Assembly: GCA_964426845.1 (NCBI GenBank)
Contig: CAYRSA010000002.1
Coordinates: 98,495-162,494, forward strand
Reading direction: 5' to 3'
Source of the DNA: an uncultured Candidatus Saccharibacteria bacterium
GTDB taxonomy: Bacteria; Patescibacteriota; Saccharimonadia; Saccharimonadales; JAGQNJ01
Length of the DNA stretch: 64,000 nt
Shown here: positions 1 to 8,299 of the stretch, piece after piece
Layout: each line of letters opens with the position of its first letter
Numbering within the stretch: position 1 is the first letter of the stretch
The notes under the pieces: model-generated
Database searches by the model: none
What the model saw: the letters and a program-made list of their open reading frames with translations, nothing else
What the model was told of the DNA's origin: nothing
Position numbers and translations under genes: made by a program

Positions 1-1945
1 TTGGAGCCTGCAGCAGGGCCAAGCCAGAATTTTCGGCCGGCAACTGCACTCCGGGATTGGCCACCGGCATGGCTTGGGTAAAGTTGCCGGTCTGTTCCAG
101 AATTTTTTGTCTGTAGAGTTGGTGACCCAATTTATTGGGGTGGAAGCTTTCGTTGCCTATCGGTCCAAAAGGAAAAGGCGCATCGTCGCCCAGCGTCAAA
201 CCATTGAACGCAGCCTTCGAACCATCCGTCTCGCACAACCGGTAGCCGTAAAAAGCCGTGGCAACATCGACATATCTTACACCGGCTTTTTGAGCACTAA
301 GCTCGATGATGCGATTGAGATAGTCGATCAACTGGTTGGCGAATAATAGTTCTTGGTCATCAAGCAATACATTTAGGCCACAGGTGCCGCCTTCTTTAAC
401 GGCTCTCGGATAACCAACTACATAGAGTTTACTGCTAGTCCTGGCTTCTCTTTTGAGCTGAGTGTATAAGTCGACTAATCTTGGAAATTGGGCATTAATC
501 TCGCGAATTATTTCCAGACGATCTTCGTAGTCCTGGTAACAAGTTCCGATTTTCATACAGGCCCGCAGCCTTGTCAGCAAGCCAGCGTCATTACCACCAA
601 TCCCTATGGTTAGCACGTTGGGGTTTTGCTCGCGCACGTATTGGTTTTGCTTTTTATAACCCGGCAACAACCTTCCCATATTATTTGGTGACGGGATATT
701 TTGGCGTTGGGCATAACTGGTTATGTCCTGAATCTTGGCACCCGAACAAGCCACCGAGTTATAAGAGCCAAGACCCAATTGCTGACCAATTAGATAAGGA
801 TAGGACTGGCGTGACAGATGACACTTATTAGCCTGGGTGTCGGTCTCTGGGAAGTAATCATAGGCCCCCTCCCCCGAGGCAAAAGAATCACCCAAAGCTA
901 AATAGTCCTGGCTCTCCAGGCTTTCGCCAGCCGGAGCTAGCCTGAACTTTGCCAAGACTCGAGTCGTCGGACTGTTATTGTAGCTAGCGTAAAAACTGAG
1001 TCGCCGATCACTAACAAAGCGTGGCTGGTAAATGCGGTGATAGCCGGCAATTTGCGACCTTATGAAAGCTTCGTGGGAGGTCGAGCTGCAAGTCACCGGG
1101 CCAGTTATTACGTTTGGCGCCGGAGCACATGAGGCAAGATTGGTTATCTTAAAGTCGCCCCGGTCCGAGGTAGCAACCACGGTTTGGCCGTCATCGCTGA
1201 CGGCCAAGTTAGGCATGACCGAAAAACCCAGGTGATAGACATAGGGCGAGCCAAAGGGCAAAACTTCACCAGTGGCCAAATTAACTCGTATCATGGCTAG
1301 GAATTCTGAATCTGCCACCATCCACTGGCCGTTTCCGGAAAAAGCAATGCTCTCTGGCCGAACGTACAGGATCTTACCGCTGCCATCTTTCAGTGTCCAA
1401 CTGGGATTGGCCGGCAAGTAAACTTTCATCTCTCGGGTGGCTTGGTTAAATTCCTTACGAGCGCTCTGCAGACCTGAACTATAGTAGTGCACCCTGATGC
1501 CCTGGGCAGTGTTCTCTAGAACCAAACCTCCAACCACACCGGGTATTGGGTAGAAGTTAACAGCTCCGCCACCAGAGTTGTAAACACGAGCGTCAGTCTT
1601 AAAGATGTTGGTATAGCCCCCTGGAGCCGTCTTACCTTGCGGCGTCATGACGGCGCAGGCCTGGGCCGTCTGGCTGGCCTGCAAAGGTGGAATGGCTGGC
1701 TTGAGCGTAAAGTTTACTTGGCTGCAGGGAATGTTGCCGGCTGAAGCTATCGATTCCGGCTGCTGGCTAGTACCCAGCTCTTCACGCTGGCCTAGTACTG
1801 GATTGGCCGATAGCCACGAGCCAGTCGCCTGGGCATTTACTTGCCAAAGCCACGGCCCGAAAGCCACTAACCACATGCCCCAAATCAACAGAGCTATGGC
1901 CAGGATTACCAAAGTTTGTTTTAATCTGTTTACTAATTTCCTCAT
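1..1945 (-). CDS. Membrane-anchored/secreted SGNH (GDSL-like) hydrolase; 3' end runs off the window; absent from the supplied ORF track
   Basis: Hand translation of the minus strand from the ATG at 1945 stays open to base 1; the last full codon CCA is bases 4..2, so the frame is consistent. The N-terminus MRKLVNRLKQTLVILAIALLIWGMWLVAF looks like a signal anchor. SGNH blocks are present: LALGDSFASGEGA (block I, GDS at about 889), TIGIGGNDAG (block III) and NESFHPNKLGH (block V). Confidence 0.8.
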   Translation of the reverse strand, partial: MRKLVNRLKQTLVILAIALLIWGMWLVAFGPWLWQVNAQATGSWLSANPVLGQREELGTSQQPESIASAGNIPCSQVNFTLKPAIPPLQASQTAQACAVMTPQGKTAPGGYTNIFKTDARVYNSGGGAVNFYPIPGVVGGLVLENTAQGIRVHYYSSGLQSARKEFNQATREMKVYLPANPSWTLKDGSGKILYVRPESIAFSGNGQWMVADSEFLAMIRVNLATGEVLPFGSPYVYHLGFSVMPNLAVSDDGQTVVATSDRGDFKITNLASCAPAPNVITGPVTCSSTSHEAFIRSQIAGYHRIYQPRFVSDRRLSFYASYNNSPTTRVLAKFRLAPAGESLESQDYLALGDSFASGEGAYDYFPETDTQANKCHLSRQSYPYLIGQQLGLGSYNSVACSGAKIQDITSYAQRQNIPSPNNMGRLLPGYKKQNQYVREQNPNVLTIGIGGNDAGLLTRLRACMKIGTCYQDYEDRLEIIREINAQFPRLVDLYTQLKREARTSSKLYVVGYPRAVKEGGTCGLNVLLDDQELLFANQLIDYLNRIIELSAQKAGVRYVDVATAFYGYRLCETDGSKAAFNGLTLGDDAPFPFGPIGNESFHPNKLGHQLYRQKILEQTGNFTQAMPVANPGVQLPAENSGLALLQAP

Positions 1946-1994
1946 CTGTAGATAGAAATTCTACTGACGCGAAATTAAAACAGTATGAACAAAT

Positions 1995-2022
1995 TTTACT
2001 TTTTTGGTGTTTGGGCTATAAT
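1995..2022 (+). promoter_or_regulatory. Sigma70-like promoter candidate (TTTACT - 16 nt - TATAAT)
   Basis: TTTACT at 1995-2000 and TATAAT at 2017-2022, upstream of the small ORF starting at 2055. Confidence 0.35.
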
Positions 2023-2054
2023 GCTAAGCATAAGTAGAAAGGATCCTTAAGAAG

Positions 2055-2207
2055 ATGCCAAAAGCCAAAACTCTAAGAAAGAAAAAATCTGTCCGCCCAG
2101 TCCTATATCGGCCATCAAACCTGGCGGTATTCGTCATCGTACTTCTAACGGTCGCCTTGGGCACTGTTACTTGGCTATTCTTTGCTCTGCTAAGCAACCC
2201 TGCTTAA
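2055..2207 (+). CDS. Small hypothetical membrane protein (50 aa, below the ORF-track cutoff)
   Basis: Translation is MPKAKTLRKKKSVRPVLYRPSNLAVFVIVLLTVALGTVTWLFFALLSNPA: a basic N-terminus followed by one hydrophobic helix. A promoter-like element lies upstream. GAAAGGA sits about 14 nt upstream, which is weak Shine-Dalgarno spacing. Confidence 0.35.
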   Translation: MPKAKTLRKKKSVRPVLYRPSNLAVFVIVLLTVALGTVTWLFFALLSNPA

Positions 2208-2212
2208 TAAAC

Positions 2213-3535
2213 CTACGGGGTCAAGCGGTTGATATCACGCGGGAAAAGCGTGGCTTCTTTGATGTTGTTAAGCTTGAAGAGTTTTTCTACAAGCCGCTCT
2301 AGTCCCAAGCCAAATCCACCGTGTGGTGGCATGCCATACTGGAAAGCACTGAGGTAAGGCGCATAACCAGGATCTTTTGGATCCCCGCCCATGGCTTTTA
2401 ATTGAGCTATTAGTTTCGGATACTCGTGTTGGCGCATACTTAGCGTACTAATTTCTACTCCCCGAAATAACAAATCTGCTCTCAAAGCAAGGTCGGGGCT
2501 TTTTTCATCAGCTTTGTGGTAGAACTTAAAGGTTTTACTTTTTGCTGACCAGCCTGTGACAAACACGGCATCACTGTCTTTGTTCTTAGTCGCCCATTCG
2601 CAAATAAAGCGTTCTTCGTCGGGACGCAAATCGTCTTCACCGCGATAGTCTTCTTTCAATTGCTTGAAGTACATTTCGTGAATCTCTTCGATGGTGACTC
2701 GTGGTATGTCTTCTGGTTTAGCTGGAAGCTTGGCTTTCGTGACATTCCACTTCTTGAAAGCCGGTTCGTGTGACGCCCAAGTACTATCCACTATATTAAT
2801 CAGCAGGCCGCCAATAAAGTTCTGTAGTTCTTCAAAGTCTATAAATCCCATTTCGCAGTCAACGGTTAGAAATTCTGTTAGGTGACGAGTAGTGGCGCTC
2901 GGCTCGGCTCGGTAGGTCGAACCAATCTCCAAGACGCGCTCGAAAGCCCCAACCATCATTTGCTTGTAAAACTGTGCGCTTTGAGCCAGTGTTGCGGTCT
3001 TGCCAAAATAATCTAGAGTGAAAACTTCGGCTCCTCCTTCAGTGGCTTCGGCCAGTAGCTTGGGCGTGTGGATCTCGGTGAAACCGTTCTGACTACAGTA
3101 GTCACGGATGGCTTGGCAGGTAGCGGCTTTAACTTTAAACAAATCTTGTTCTTGGAGATTGCGTAATCCTATAGTCCGGTTATCAAACAATGTCTCCAGG
3201 TGTTCAGATTTATGGCTTAGCGGTTTGTCTATCTCAATCGGTGGCTCGTCGGTGACTGGCACCAAAACTGTAATCTTGGGGTTGTGTAGCTCGGCTCCGC
3301 CGGGAGCTCGCTCTTCCTTAACAGCTTTGCCGGTAATTTCTAGCACCGTGCCGATTTGTAGACCACGCAGTTTTTCAACCTGGTCCTTGTCCTCGACTAC
3401 AACCTGGGTGACTCCTGTGCGATCTCGCAGGTTAATAAAAGTTAAGCCGCCCAGCAGGCGTTTTTTGTGTAGCCAACCTTGCATGGTGATGTCTTTGCCG
3501 GCGTGATCGGCAACTTGATTACTTAGAGTTCTCAT
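2213..3535 (-). CDS. aspS: Aspartate--tRNA ligase, type 2 (archaeal/short form, possibly non-discriminating)
   Basis: 440 aa class IIb aaRS. It has an N-terminal OB fold (GWLHKKRLLGGLTFINLRDRTG), the motif LAQSAQFYKQ (AspRS-type QSPQLYKQ rather than the AsnRS form), and the C-terminus GGFGLGLERLV...FPRDINRLTP. Confidence 0.85.
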   Translation of the reverse strand: MRTLSNQVADHAGKDITMQGWLHKKRLLGGLTFINLRDRTGVTQVVVEDKDQVEKLRGLQIGTVLEITGKAVKEERAPGGAELHNPKITVLVPVTDEPPIEIDKPLSHKSEHLETLFDNRTIGLRNLQEQDLFKVKAATCQAIRDYCSQNGFTEIHTPKLLAEATEGGAEVFTLDYFGKTATLAQSAQFYKQMMVGAFERVLEIGSTYRAEPSATTRHLTEFLTVDCEMGFIDFEELQNFIGGLLINIVDSTWASHEPAFKKWNVTKAKLPAKPEDIPRVTIEEIHEMYFKQLKEDYRGEDDLRPDEERFICEWATKNKDSDAVFVTGWSAKSKTFKFYHKADEKSPDLALRADLLFRGVEISTLSMRQHEYPKLIAQLKAMGGDPKDPGYAPYLSAFQYGMPPHGGFGLGLERLVEKLFKLNNIKEATLFPRDINRLTP

Positions 3536-4625
3536 GATCTTCTTTCGATTCTACCACTGTTTTCTCTTCTGACGAAGCACTAGCAACTTCGGCCGGCTCT
3601 TCCTTGACGGGTTTTTCGCGCTTGTCCTCTTCTTTTTTAGCCTCCATGGCCGCCACCGCCCGCAGGTCTTCGTAAGAGTCAAATTCATCGATGATTTGCT
3701 TGCCAAGGATTTGCTCGATAACATCTTCGATGGTTACTAGACCGACGATTTCTTCGAAGTTATTAACGACTAGGAACTGGTGATGCTTGGTCTTAATAAA
3801 GGCGTCTAGTACCCGAGCCAGCGACTGCGACTGATTGACGTAAAAAACTTCCTTGCGCATCAGATCTTTGACAAAGCCACCCTCTTTGGCGCCCAGAGCA
3901 TCGCGCAAATACAAGGTGCCAATAATGTCATCGGGATTATCTTTATAAACCGGAAAACGAGAGTGACCGCTGTCATGCAGTTCTTTAAACAAGATTGGTC
4001 CAATCATATCGGTGGTGGCCACGGTTTTCATCACCCGCCGCGGCGTCATAACTTCATCAACCATCTTGTCACCAAACTGTAAAGCGTGCTCGACGATGAA
4101 TAATTCATCTTTAGTGATGCGGTTGTCTATCTGGACTTTCTGCTGGCGGATTAACTCCACGATGTCCTCTTTGGTATACAGTCCGGTGTGCACTGAAAAA
4201 GGCTGGACCTTGTCGGCGTAGTGATCAATCCGAATAAGTAGCGGTTGGAGCCGTTCTAGTAACCAATGTAATGCTGGAGTAATAATCTTAGCGGCTCGCA
4301 CCGTAAATCGAGACACGTGCGAATTAGGCAACCAAGCAAACCCAAGCCAGACTACAGCTAGTACTAGCAGGAAAGCCACCGGCCAAGGCAAAGCATTTGA
4401 ACAAAGGACAAAGAACAAAGCGCTGGTCAAACCAATGAAGATCCATAACAAGACCTTAAGACTGCGGCCATAGCCCACTACTCTGTAAAACTCTTTGGCT
4501 AAGTGGTCGCCGGACTGGGCTTGACGCTTTAACTCTTTGGATGGCACGTGACCATAGAGCTTCAATAAGGCCACCGAAAACAACATTAAAGCCGCGCTCA
4601 GAAGGCCAAAAATTAACATAACCAT
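3519..4625 (-). CDS. CNNM/DUF21 transmembrane domain + CBS-pair protein (CorB/TlyC-like divalent cation transporter family)
   Basis: An N-terminal multi-TM region is followed by DEVMTPRRVM...IGTLYLRDAL...IVGLVTIEDVIEQI (CBS pair) and an acidic tail. The track ORF extends to 4790. I prefer the start at MVMLIFG (4625) because the longer form would overlap the divergent dsbA-like gene and its AAGGAG Shine-Dalgarno site. The gene overlaps the aspS start by 17 nt. Confidence 0.8.
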   Translation of the reverse strand: MVMLIFGLLSAALMLFSVALLKLYGHVPSKELKRQAQSGDHLAKEFYRVVGYGRSLKVLLWIFIGLTSALFFVLCSNALPWPVAFLLVLAVVWLGFAWLPNSHVSRFTVRAAKIITPALHWLLERLQPLLIRIDHYADKVQPFSVHTGLYTKEDIVELIRQQKVQIDNRITKDELFIVEHALQFGDKMVDEVMTPRRVMKTVATTDMIGPILFKELHDSGHSRFPVYKDNPDDIIGTLYLRDALGAKEGGFVKDLMRKEVFYVNQSQSLARVLDAFIKTKHHQFLVVNNFEEIVGLVTIEDVIEQILGKQIIDEFDSYEDLRAVAAMEAKKEEDKREKPVKEEPAEVASASSEEKTVVESKEDHENSK

Positions 4626-4695
4626 ATCCTCTATACTACGATGTTTCAATGTCTGCGACAAACTTGCTATCATATAGAGGCTAACAAGGAGATTT

Positions 4696-5346
4696 ATGAG
4701 CAAACGTTTTCTGATTATCATGGCCGCCCTAGTTGTACTATTCGTCGGCTTTATCGTGTTCGGCAAAGACAAGAATAATTCAGCCAGCAATTCCGGCGAC
4801 GGGACTTCTGAGGGCAGTAGTTATGTTCTTGGAGCCGGCACCACCGGTGTTACTTTAGTGGAGTTCGGCGATTTCCAGTGTCCGGCCTGCCGCAGTTATT
4901 ACCCAGTAATGAAGCAGGTGAAAGATAAGTACGGTGACCAAATCAAATTCCAATTTCGTCACTTCCCTCTAGTTCAGATTCACCAAAACGCCATGGTCGC
5001 TCACCGAGCTGCTGAAGCTGCCGGTCGTCAAGGCAAATTCTGGGAAATGCACGATTTGCTGTACGAGCGTCAACAAGGCTGGCAAAGCTCAAGCAACCCC
5101 ACGGTCATCATGGAAGACTATGCTGCCGAGTTAGGCCTGAACATCGACCAGTTCAAAGCCGACTTCGCTAGCGCCTCGGTCAACGACACTATTCAGGCTG
5201 ACATCAAGGCCGGCCAAGCCCTGGGAGCCAGCAGCACACCAACCTTTGTTCTCAACGGCAAGAAGCTCGATCCTTCACCAACCGATGTCGCCGGCTTTAG
5301 CAAGCTCATCGACGAAGCTATCGCCGCCTCTAAAAGCCAACAATAA
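4696..5346 (+). CDS. DsbA-family thiol:disulfide oxidoreductase, membrane anchored
   Basis: N-terminal TM helix; thioredoxin-fold active site FGDFQCPACRSY (CPAC); AAGGAG Shine-Dalgarno site 5-10 nt upstream of the ATG. Confidence 0.8.
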   Translation: MSKRFLIIMAALVVLFVGFIVFGKDKNNSASNSGDGTSEGSSYVLGAGTTGVTLVEFGDFQCPACRSYYPVMKQVKDKYGDQIKFQFRHFPLVQIHQNAMVAHRAAEAAGRQGKFWEMHDLLYERQQGWQSSSNPTVIMEDYAAELGLNIDQFKADFASASVNDTIQADIKAGQALGASSTPTFVLNGKKLDPSPTDVAGFSKLIDEAIAASKSQQ

Positions 5347-5351
5347 AAACA

Positions 5352-5396
5352 GTCCCTGGCGAGAGACAGCCAAGGGACGGTTTTAGTTTTTGTTTT
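5352..5396. terminator. Bidirectional rho-independent terminator
   Basis: The stem GTCCCTGG (5352-5359) pairs with CCA(A)GGGAC (5370-5378) with one bulge. It is followed by GGTTTTAGTTTTTGTTTT on the plus strand and by TGTTTTTATT on the minus strand. Confidence 0.6.
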
Positions 5397-5418
5397 CGCC
5401 CATCTAGAAGGGGTAACC

Positions 5419-5511
5419 CTAGTAATGCAAGAATTCTTGCCATGATGGTCGGCGAACTTTTACAGGCACACTGTGGTGGCCTGTTGATATAACTCGAACA
5501 GTTACCGACAT
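5419..5511 (-). CDS. Possible 30-aa small ORF (MSVTVRVISTGHHSVPVKVRRPSWQEFLHY)
   Basis: The ATG at 5511 is preceded by AAAGAGAGGAAAACGAC (Shine-Dalgarno-like GAGAGGA). The ORF ends about 40 nt before the bidirectional terminator. No family was recognised. Confidence 0.2.
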   Translation of the reverse strand: MSVTVRVISTGHHSVPVKVRRPSWQEFLHY

Positions 5512-5654
5512 GTCGTTTTCCTCTCTTTGTTTTTTAGAGCCAAAGCCGATGCAGCTTTAAGCTTTTTGATTTTTTAATATGTTTTTGTCTTTACACCGTC
5601 TCGCATCGGTATTAAGTACTTATTAGTATAGCGCTTATGATTTGTTGTTTGCAA

Positions 5655-6185
5655 CTACTTTTTTACGGTTTTTTCTGCCGGCTTGGTATCGGTTTTGATA
5701 GTGTTAACTAAAGGAGATAGAGGAGCTTTTAGAGCCCGCCCTACTGCTCCGGCCGCCGATCGCAGGCCACCACGACGTTCTTTTTCAGCCTCAATCGTAG
5801 AGTGCAGTTTCTTGACGGCGGCCACTCCATGCAATTTCTCGTGCAAAACTCGAAATTCTTCGTCTAACAAAGCCAGTTCCTCATCAGATAGGTTCTCCAG
5901 TTCTACGAAGGTATTGCGAGCGCTTTTAGACGAATGAATTAGCTCATCTAGTTTCAGATGCACCGCCTTAGAGTCACGATTTTGGGTGTTTTGGATGACG
6001 AAAACCATCAGGAAAGTAGCCACAGTCGTGCCGGTGTTAATGTATAACTGCCAAGTATCAGAGTAGTCAAAAATAGGGCCAGTCAGACCCCAGACTAGGA
6101 CAATCAGGCAAGAAATTATAAAAGCACTGGCCGTACCCATGGCATTGGCAATTTTGGCCGAGGCTTTTCTGAAGACTTCTTTCAT
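5655..6185 (-). CDS. Low-affinity iron permease (Fet4-like, Pfam Iron_permease-type) family membrane protein
   Basis: The core FDYSDTWQLYINTGTTVATFLMVFVIQNTQNRDSKAVHLKLDELI matches my memory of that family. It is followed by a C-terminal coiled/charged tail. The track start at 6227 is GTG, so the ATG at 6185 (MKEVFRK) is preferred. Confidence 0.6.
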   Translation of the reverse strand: MKEVFRKASAKIANAMGTASAFIISCLIVLVWGLTGPIFDYSDTWQLYINTGTTVATFLMVFVIQNTQNRDSKAVHLKLDELIHSSKSARNTFVELENLSDEELALLDEEFRVLHEKLHGVAAVKKLHSTIEAEKERRGGLRSAAGAVGRALKAPLSPLVNTIKTDTKPAEKTVKK

Positions 6186-6236
6186 AGTATTTGTTCTTAC
6201 GCTTATTATTGTACCGTGCTTGCCCACAAAGTAAAA

Positions 6237-6827
6237 CTACTGGTAAAGTTTGTGCCGCTGGATGTACTCCCGCACGGCCGGATCCAGGCTGGTGATTATC
6301 TCGCCCTTTTTTAGAGCGGCTTTGACTGTCGAAGACGAGACCGGTGACCAGACACTGGGCAATGTAATGTTTGTGTTACATTCATATTTCTCTTCCAGCT
6401 CGGCTAGACGTTTCTTGACGGTCGACAATTCATCGTTGTCACGCAAAACCACACATAGATGAAAGCTCTCAAGCAATTTCTTATGCCCAGGCCAGTCCTG
6501 GATGTGTTCTAGCACGTCCGAGCCAATGATGTACCAGTACTCACCACCCGGGAAGTTATCCTCAAGGTATTTGAGGGTATTGTCGGTCGTGACATTGTCA
6601 CTTTCCAGATCGACAAGACGCAGGCTAGGAAAGTCGCTGACCGCCAGCTCAACCATATTAGCCCGGTCGATGAACTCGGCCACGCCAGTTTTGCGCCTGG
6701 GCTGTTTCTCGATCATGATCAGCACCGTATCCAGGTTCAAAGCCCCCAAAGCCACCACACACGATTCCACGTGCCCACGGTGCACCGGGTCAAAGGTGCC
6801 GCTGAAAACTCCTACCCGCTTAGACAT
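6237..6827 (-). CDS. nadD: Nicotinate-nucleotide adenylyltransferase
   Basis: The signature MSKRVGVFSGTFDPVHRGHVE (the (H/T)xGH nucleotidyltransferase motif) sits at the N-terminus once the start is moved to the ATG at 6827. The track ORF uses an upstream GTG at 6926, which would overlap the small zinc-ribbon ORF. Confidence 0.8.
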   Translation of the reverse strand: MSKRVGVFSGTFDPVHRGHVESCVVALGALNLDTVLIMIEKQPRRKTGVAEFIDRANMVELAVSDFPSLRLVDLESDNVTTDNTLKYLEDNFPGGEYWYIIGSDVLEHIQDWPGHKKLLESFHLCVVLRDNDELSTVKKRLAELEEKYECNTNITLPSVWSPVSSSTVKAALKKGEIITSLDPAVREYIQRHKLYQ

Positions 6828-6990
6828 CGGCTGGAATACCTTCGCAACACTTGGTTGGCATGTGACAAGCCGGGCAAACAAAGTGTCCATGCATAGGCTG
6901 TATAGGATAATGACCGCAGTTGTCACAGAAGAACTCCGGAGATTGCTCGGCTATTAGCTCCTTATATATCTCGTCCTGAAGGTCCTGCAT
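6820..6990 (-). CDS. Small zinc-ribbon protein, 56 aa (not in the ORF track)
   Basis: Hand translation: MQDLQDEIYKELIAEQSPEFFCDNCGHYPIQPMHGHFVCPACHMPTKCCEGIPADV, with two CxxC knuckles. The length is 171 nt (57 codons). The ORF starts 9 nt after the stop of the 372-aa gene, and its stop overlaps the nadD ATG (ATGTCTAA). Confidence 0.55.
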   Translation of the reverse strand: MQDLQDEIYKELIAEQSPEFFCDNCGHYPIQPMHGHFVCPACHMPTKCCEGIPADV

Positions 6991-6999
6991 GTACCTATT

Positions 7000-8118
7000 C
7001 TAACACCGTACATCTACCCCACATTTTTGGCAGTTTGGAATCAGCTTGCCACGTGGTCGCCGATTGCCGTGCCCTTTCGGACATTTGAACGTCAGTGAAC
7101 CATATTTATCTTCATCAGACTTTTCACCGTAGCCTGCCTGACCAAGATTTTCTCGTGTGGATAGTTCGCCGTTACGGCCGACACTGACGCCACAACCACT
7201 AAAAACCGTGCCTTCGGCTCTAGCTTCAACTGCTGCGTGGAACATCTCCGCGACAGGGTTGGCGGTTATAAAGCCCCTCTCAGTGAAAGGCACAGATTGC
7301 GTCTGAGTTCCGAATGTCTGCTCATAACGCTTTTGCATCGCGGCCGCAAAACCATACAAGCTATCTGGGCTAGGGTTAGTGTCATTAATAAAGGCCTGTA
7401 TGAGGTCATCTTGCTGGAGTACGAAATCATAGGTATTAACGCTAGCGCGACCCTCGGGAAGCTTCCAGCCTGCTCGGTATTCACCACCGTTTTTCTCACT
7501 CAATTTGCGATCGTATACACCGCACAACTCATCAACTAGGAACTCTTGGTCTTCAGGGTTCATATCCAGAGCCATGCGTTGACCTAATAATTCACCCGGC
7601 TCCGTATCATAGCCTAGGTGTTCTCTGATGGCTTCAAGACTTTTCCGATCACTACCCTCTAGGCTCTGGGATACCATGACAAGCTGGCCATCTGGCTGCC
7701 TATAGATAACTCTCAGCATGGCTTGCTTGCGCTCGACGTTATAGCCACCGACATCAACTGGTGAATCTTGTAATTCCTCAGGAAAATCAGATTCTATCAC
7801 AAGCGTGTTTGGACCTTCACCACGGGCCATGGCTTTTAGGTCATCAAGCTCACCGCGTTCCGTTCCGGTTCTGCGTACTTCAAAAGCTAACTTAGGGTTA
7901 ATAACTGCCTGCTTCTTAGCGTGCTCGTAGGCATCTTCAAATACTGGCGTTAGAGGCAGTCCATCATGACCATACAGCTCCCCTTCGCTGTAGGTAAACT
8001 CAAAAGTTGTACGCATGCTACCTTTTAGTACCTCGGCAGCCCAAGTTGTAGCGTCATCAAACTTCCGAACTGTTTCGGCTTCGGGTGGTCTTAGCGTCTC
8101 GATTGTGGGTGTTTCCAT
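7000..8118 (-). CDS. Hypothetical cytoplasmic protein with C-terminal zinc ribbon (KCPKGH...NCQKCG)
   Basis: 372-aa ORF with no TM segment and no catalytic motif I recognise. The C-terminus is FKCPKGHGNRRPRGKLIPNCQKCGVDVRC. It is the first gene after the riboswitch-like leader. Confidence 0.75.
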   Translation of the reverse strand: METPTIETLRPPEAETVRKFDDATTWAAEVLKGSMRTTFEFTYSEGELYGHDGLPLTPVFEDAYEHAKKQAVINPKLAFEVRRTGTERGELDDLKAMARGEGPNTLVIESDFPEELQDSPVDVGGYNVERKQAMLRVIYRQPDGQLVMVSQSLEGSDRKSLEAIREHLGYDTEPGELLGQRMALDMNPEDQEFLVDELCGVYDRKLSEKNGGEYRAGWKLPEGRASVNTYDFVLQQDDLIQAFINDTNPSPDSLYGFAAAMQKRYEQTFGTQTQSVPFTERGFITANPVAEMFHAAVEARAEGTVFSGCGVSVGRNGELSTRENLGQAGYGEKSDEDKYGSLTFKCPKGHGNRRPRGKLIPNCQKCGVDVRC

Positions 8119-8120
8119 TT

Positions 8121-8270
8121 AAAAAACCTGCTCGGGTACTCCGGCAGGCATCTCAAAATTCGTGCTCCTGCTCGGAAGACTTGGTTAGTTCAGATCGGAC
8201 TTAGTTGGCGTTAACCAAAATTACCGTTGCGGCACAGTGGAGGAATTTCACCTCACTTCTTGAACGTCTT
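8121..8270 (-). promoter_or_regulatory. Candidate cobalamin-type riboswitch aptamer (about 8188-8265) plus intrinsic terminator/antiterminator (8121-8175)
   Basis: The minus-strand RNA contains these elements: GUUCA(A)GA...UCUGAAC (enclosing helix), GAGG-UGAAAUU-CCUC (the GGUGAAAUUCC hairpin), GCCGCAACGGUAA, UUGG-UUAACG-CCAA, and AAGUCCGA (B12-box-like AGYCMG). These are followed by the terminator CCUGCCGG-AGUAC-CCGAGCAGG-UUUUUU, which ends 2 nt before the AUG. An exact second copy of CCGAGCAGG (8175-8167) could form the alternative hairpin. Confidence 0.45.
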
Positions 8271-8290
8271 TATATTGTTAAACTAACGCT

Positions 8291-8299
8291 AGTATATCA
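8291..8299 (-). promoter_or_regulatory. Extended -10 promoter candidate (TGATATACT) for the leader transcript
   Basis: The reverse complement of agtatatca (8291-8299) is TGATATACT. No good -35 element was seen. This would give a leader of about 165 nt. Confidence 0.3.

Noticed and set aside
74-1955. Plus-strand ORFs 74-346, 571-831 and 1647-1955 from the track
   Set aside because: They lie antisense to a continuous 648-codon minus-strand frame with clear SGNH hydrolase motifs. They have no recognisable motifs or ribosome-binding sites and are shadow ORFs.
6828-6926. GTG/TTG-extended N-termini in the track (nadD to 6926, CNNM to 4790, GtrA to 10108, GT2 to 26134 and 22390, GT-C to 31624, 31577-31639, 18542-18619, 36887-36937)
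   Set aside because: The extensions overlap neighbouring genes or promoters and precede the conserved family N-termini. Internal ATG starts give canonical protein starts and ATGA/TAATG coupling.
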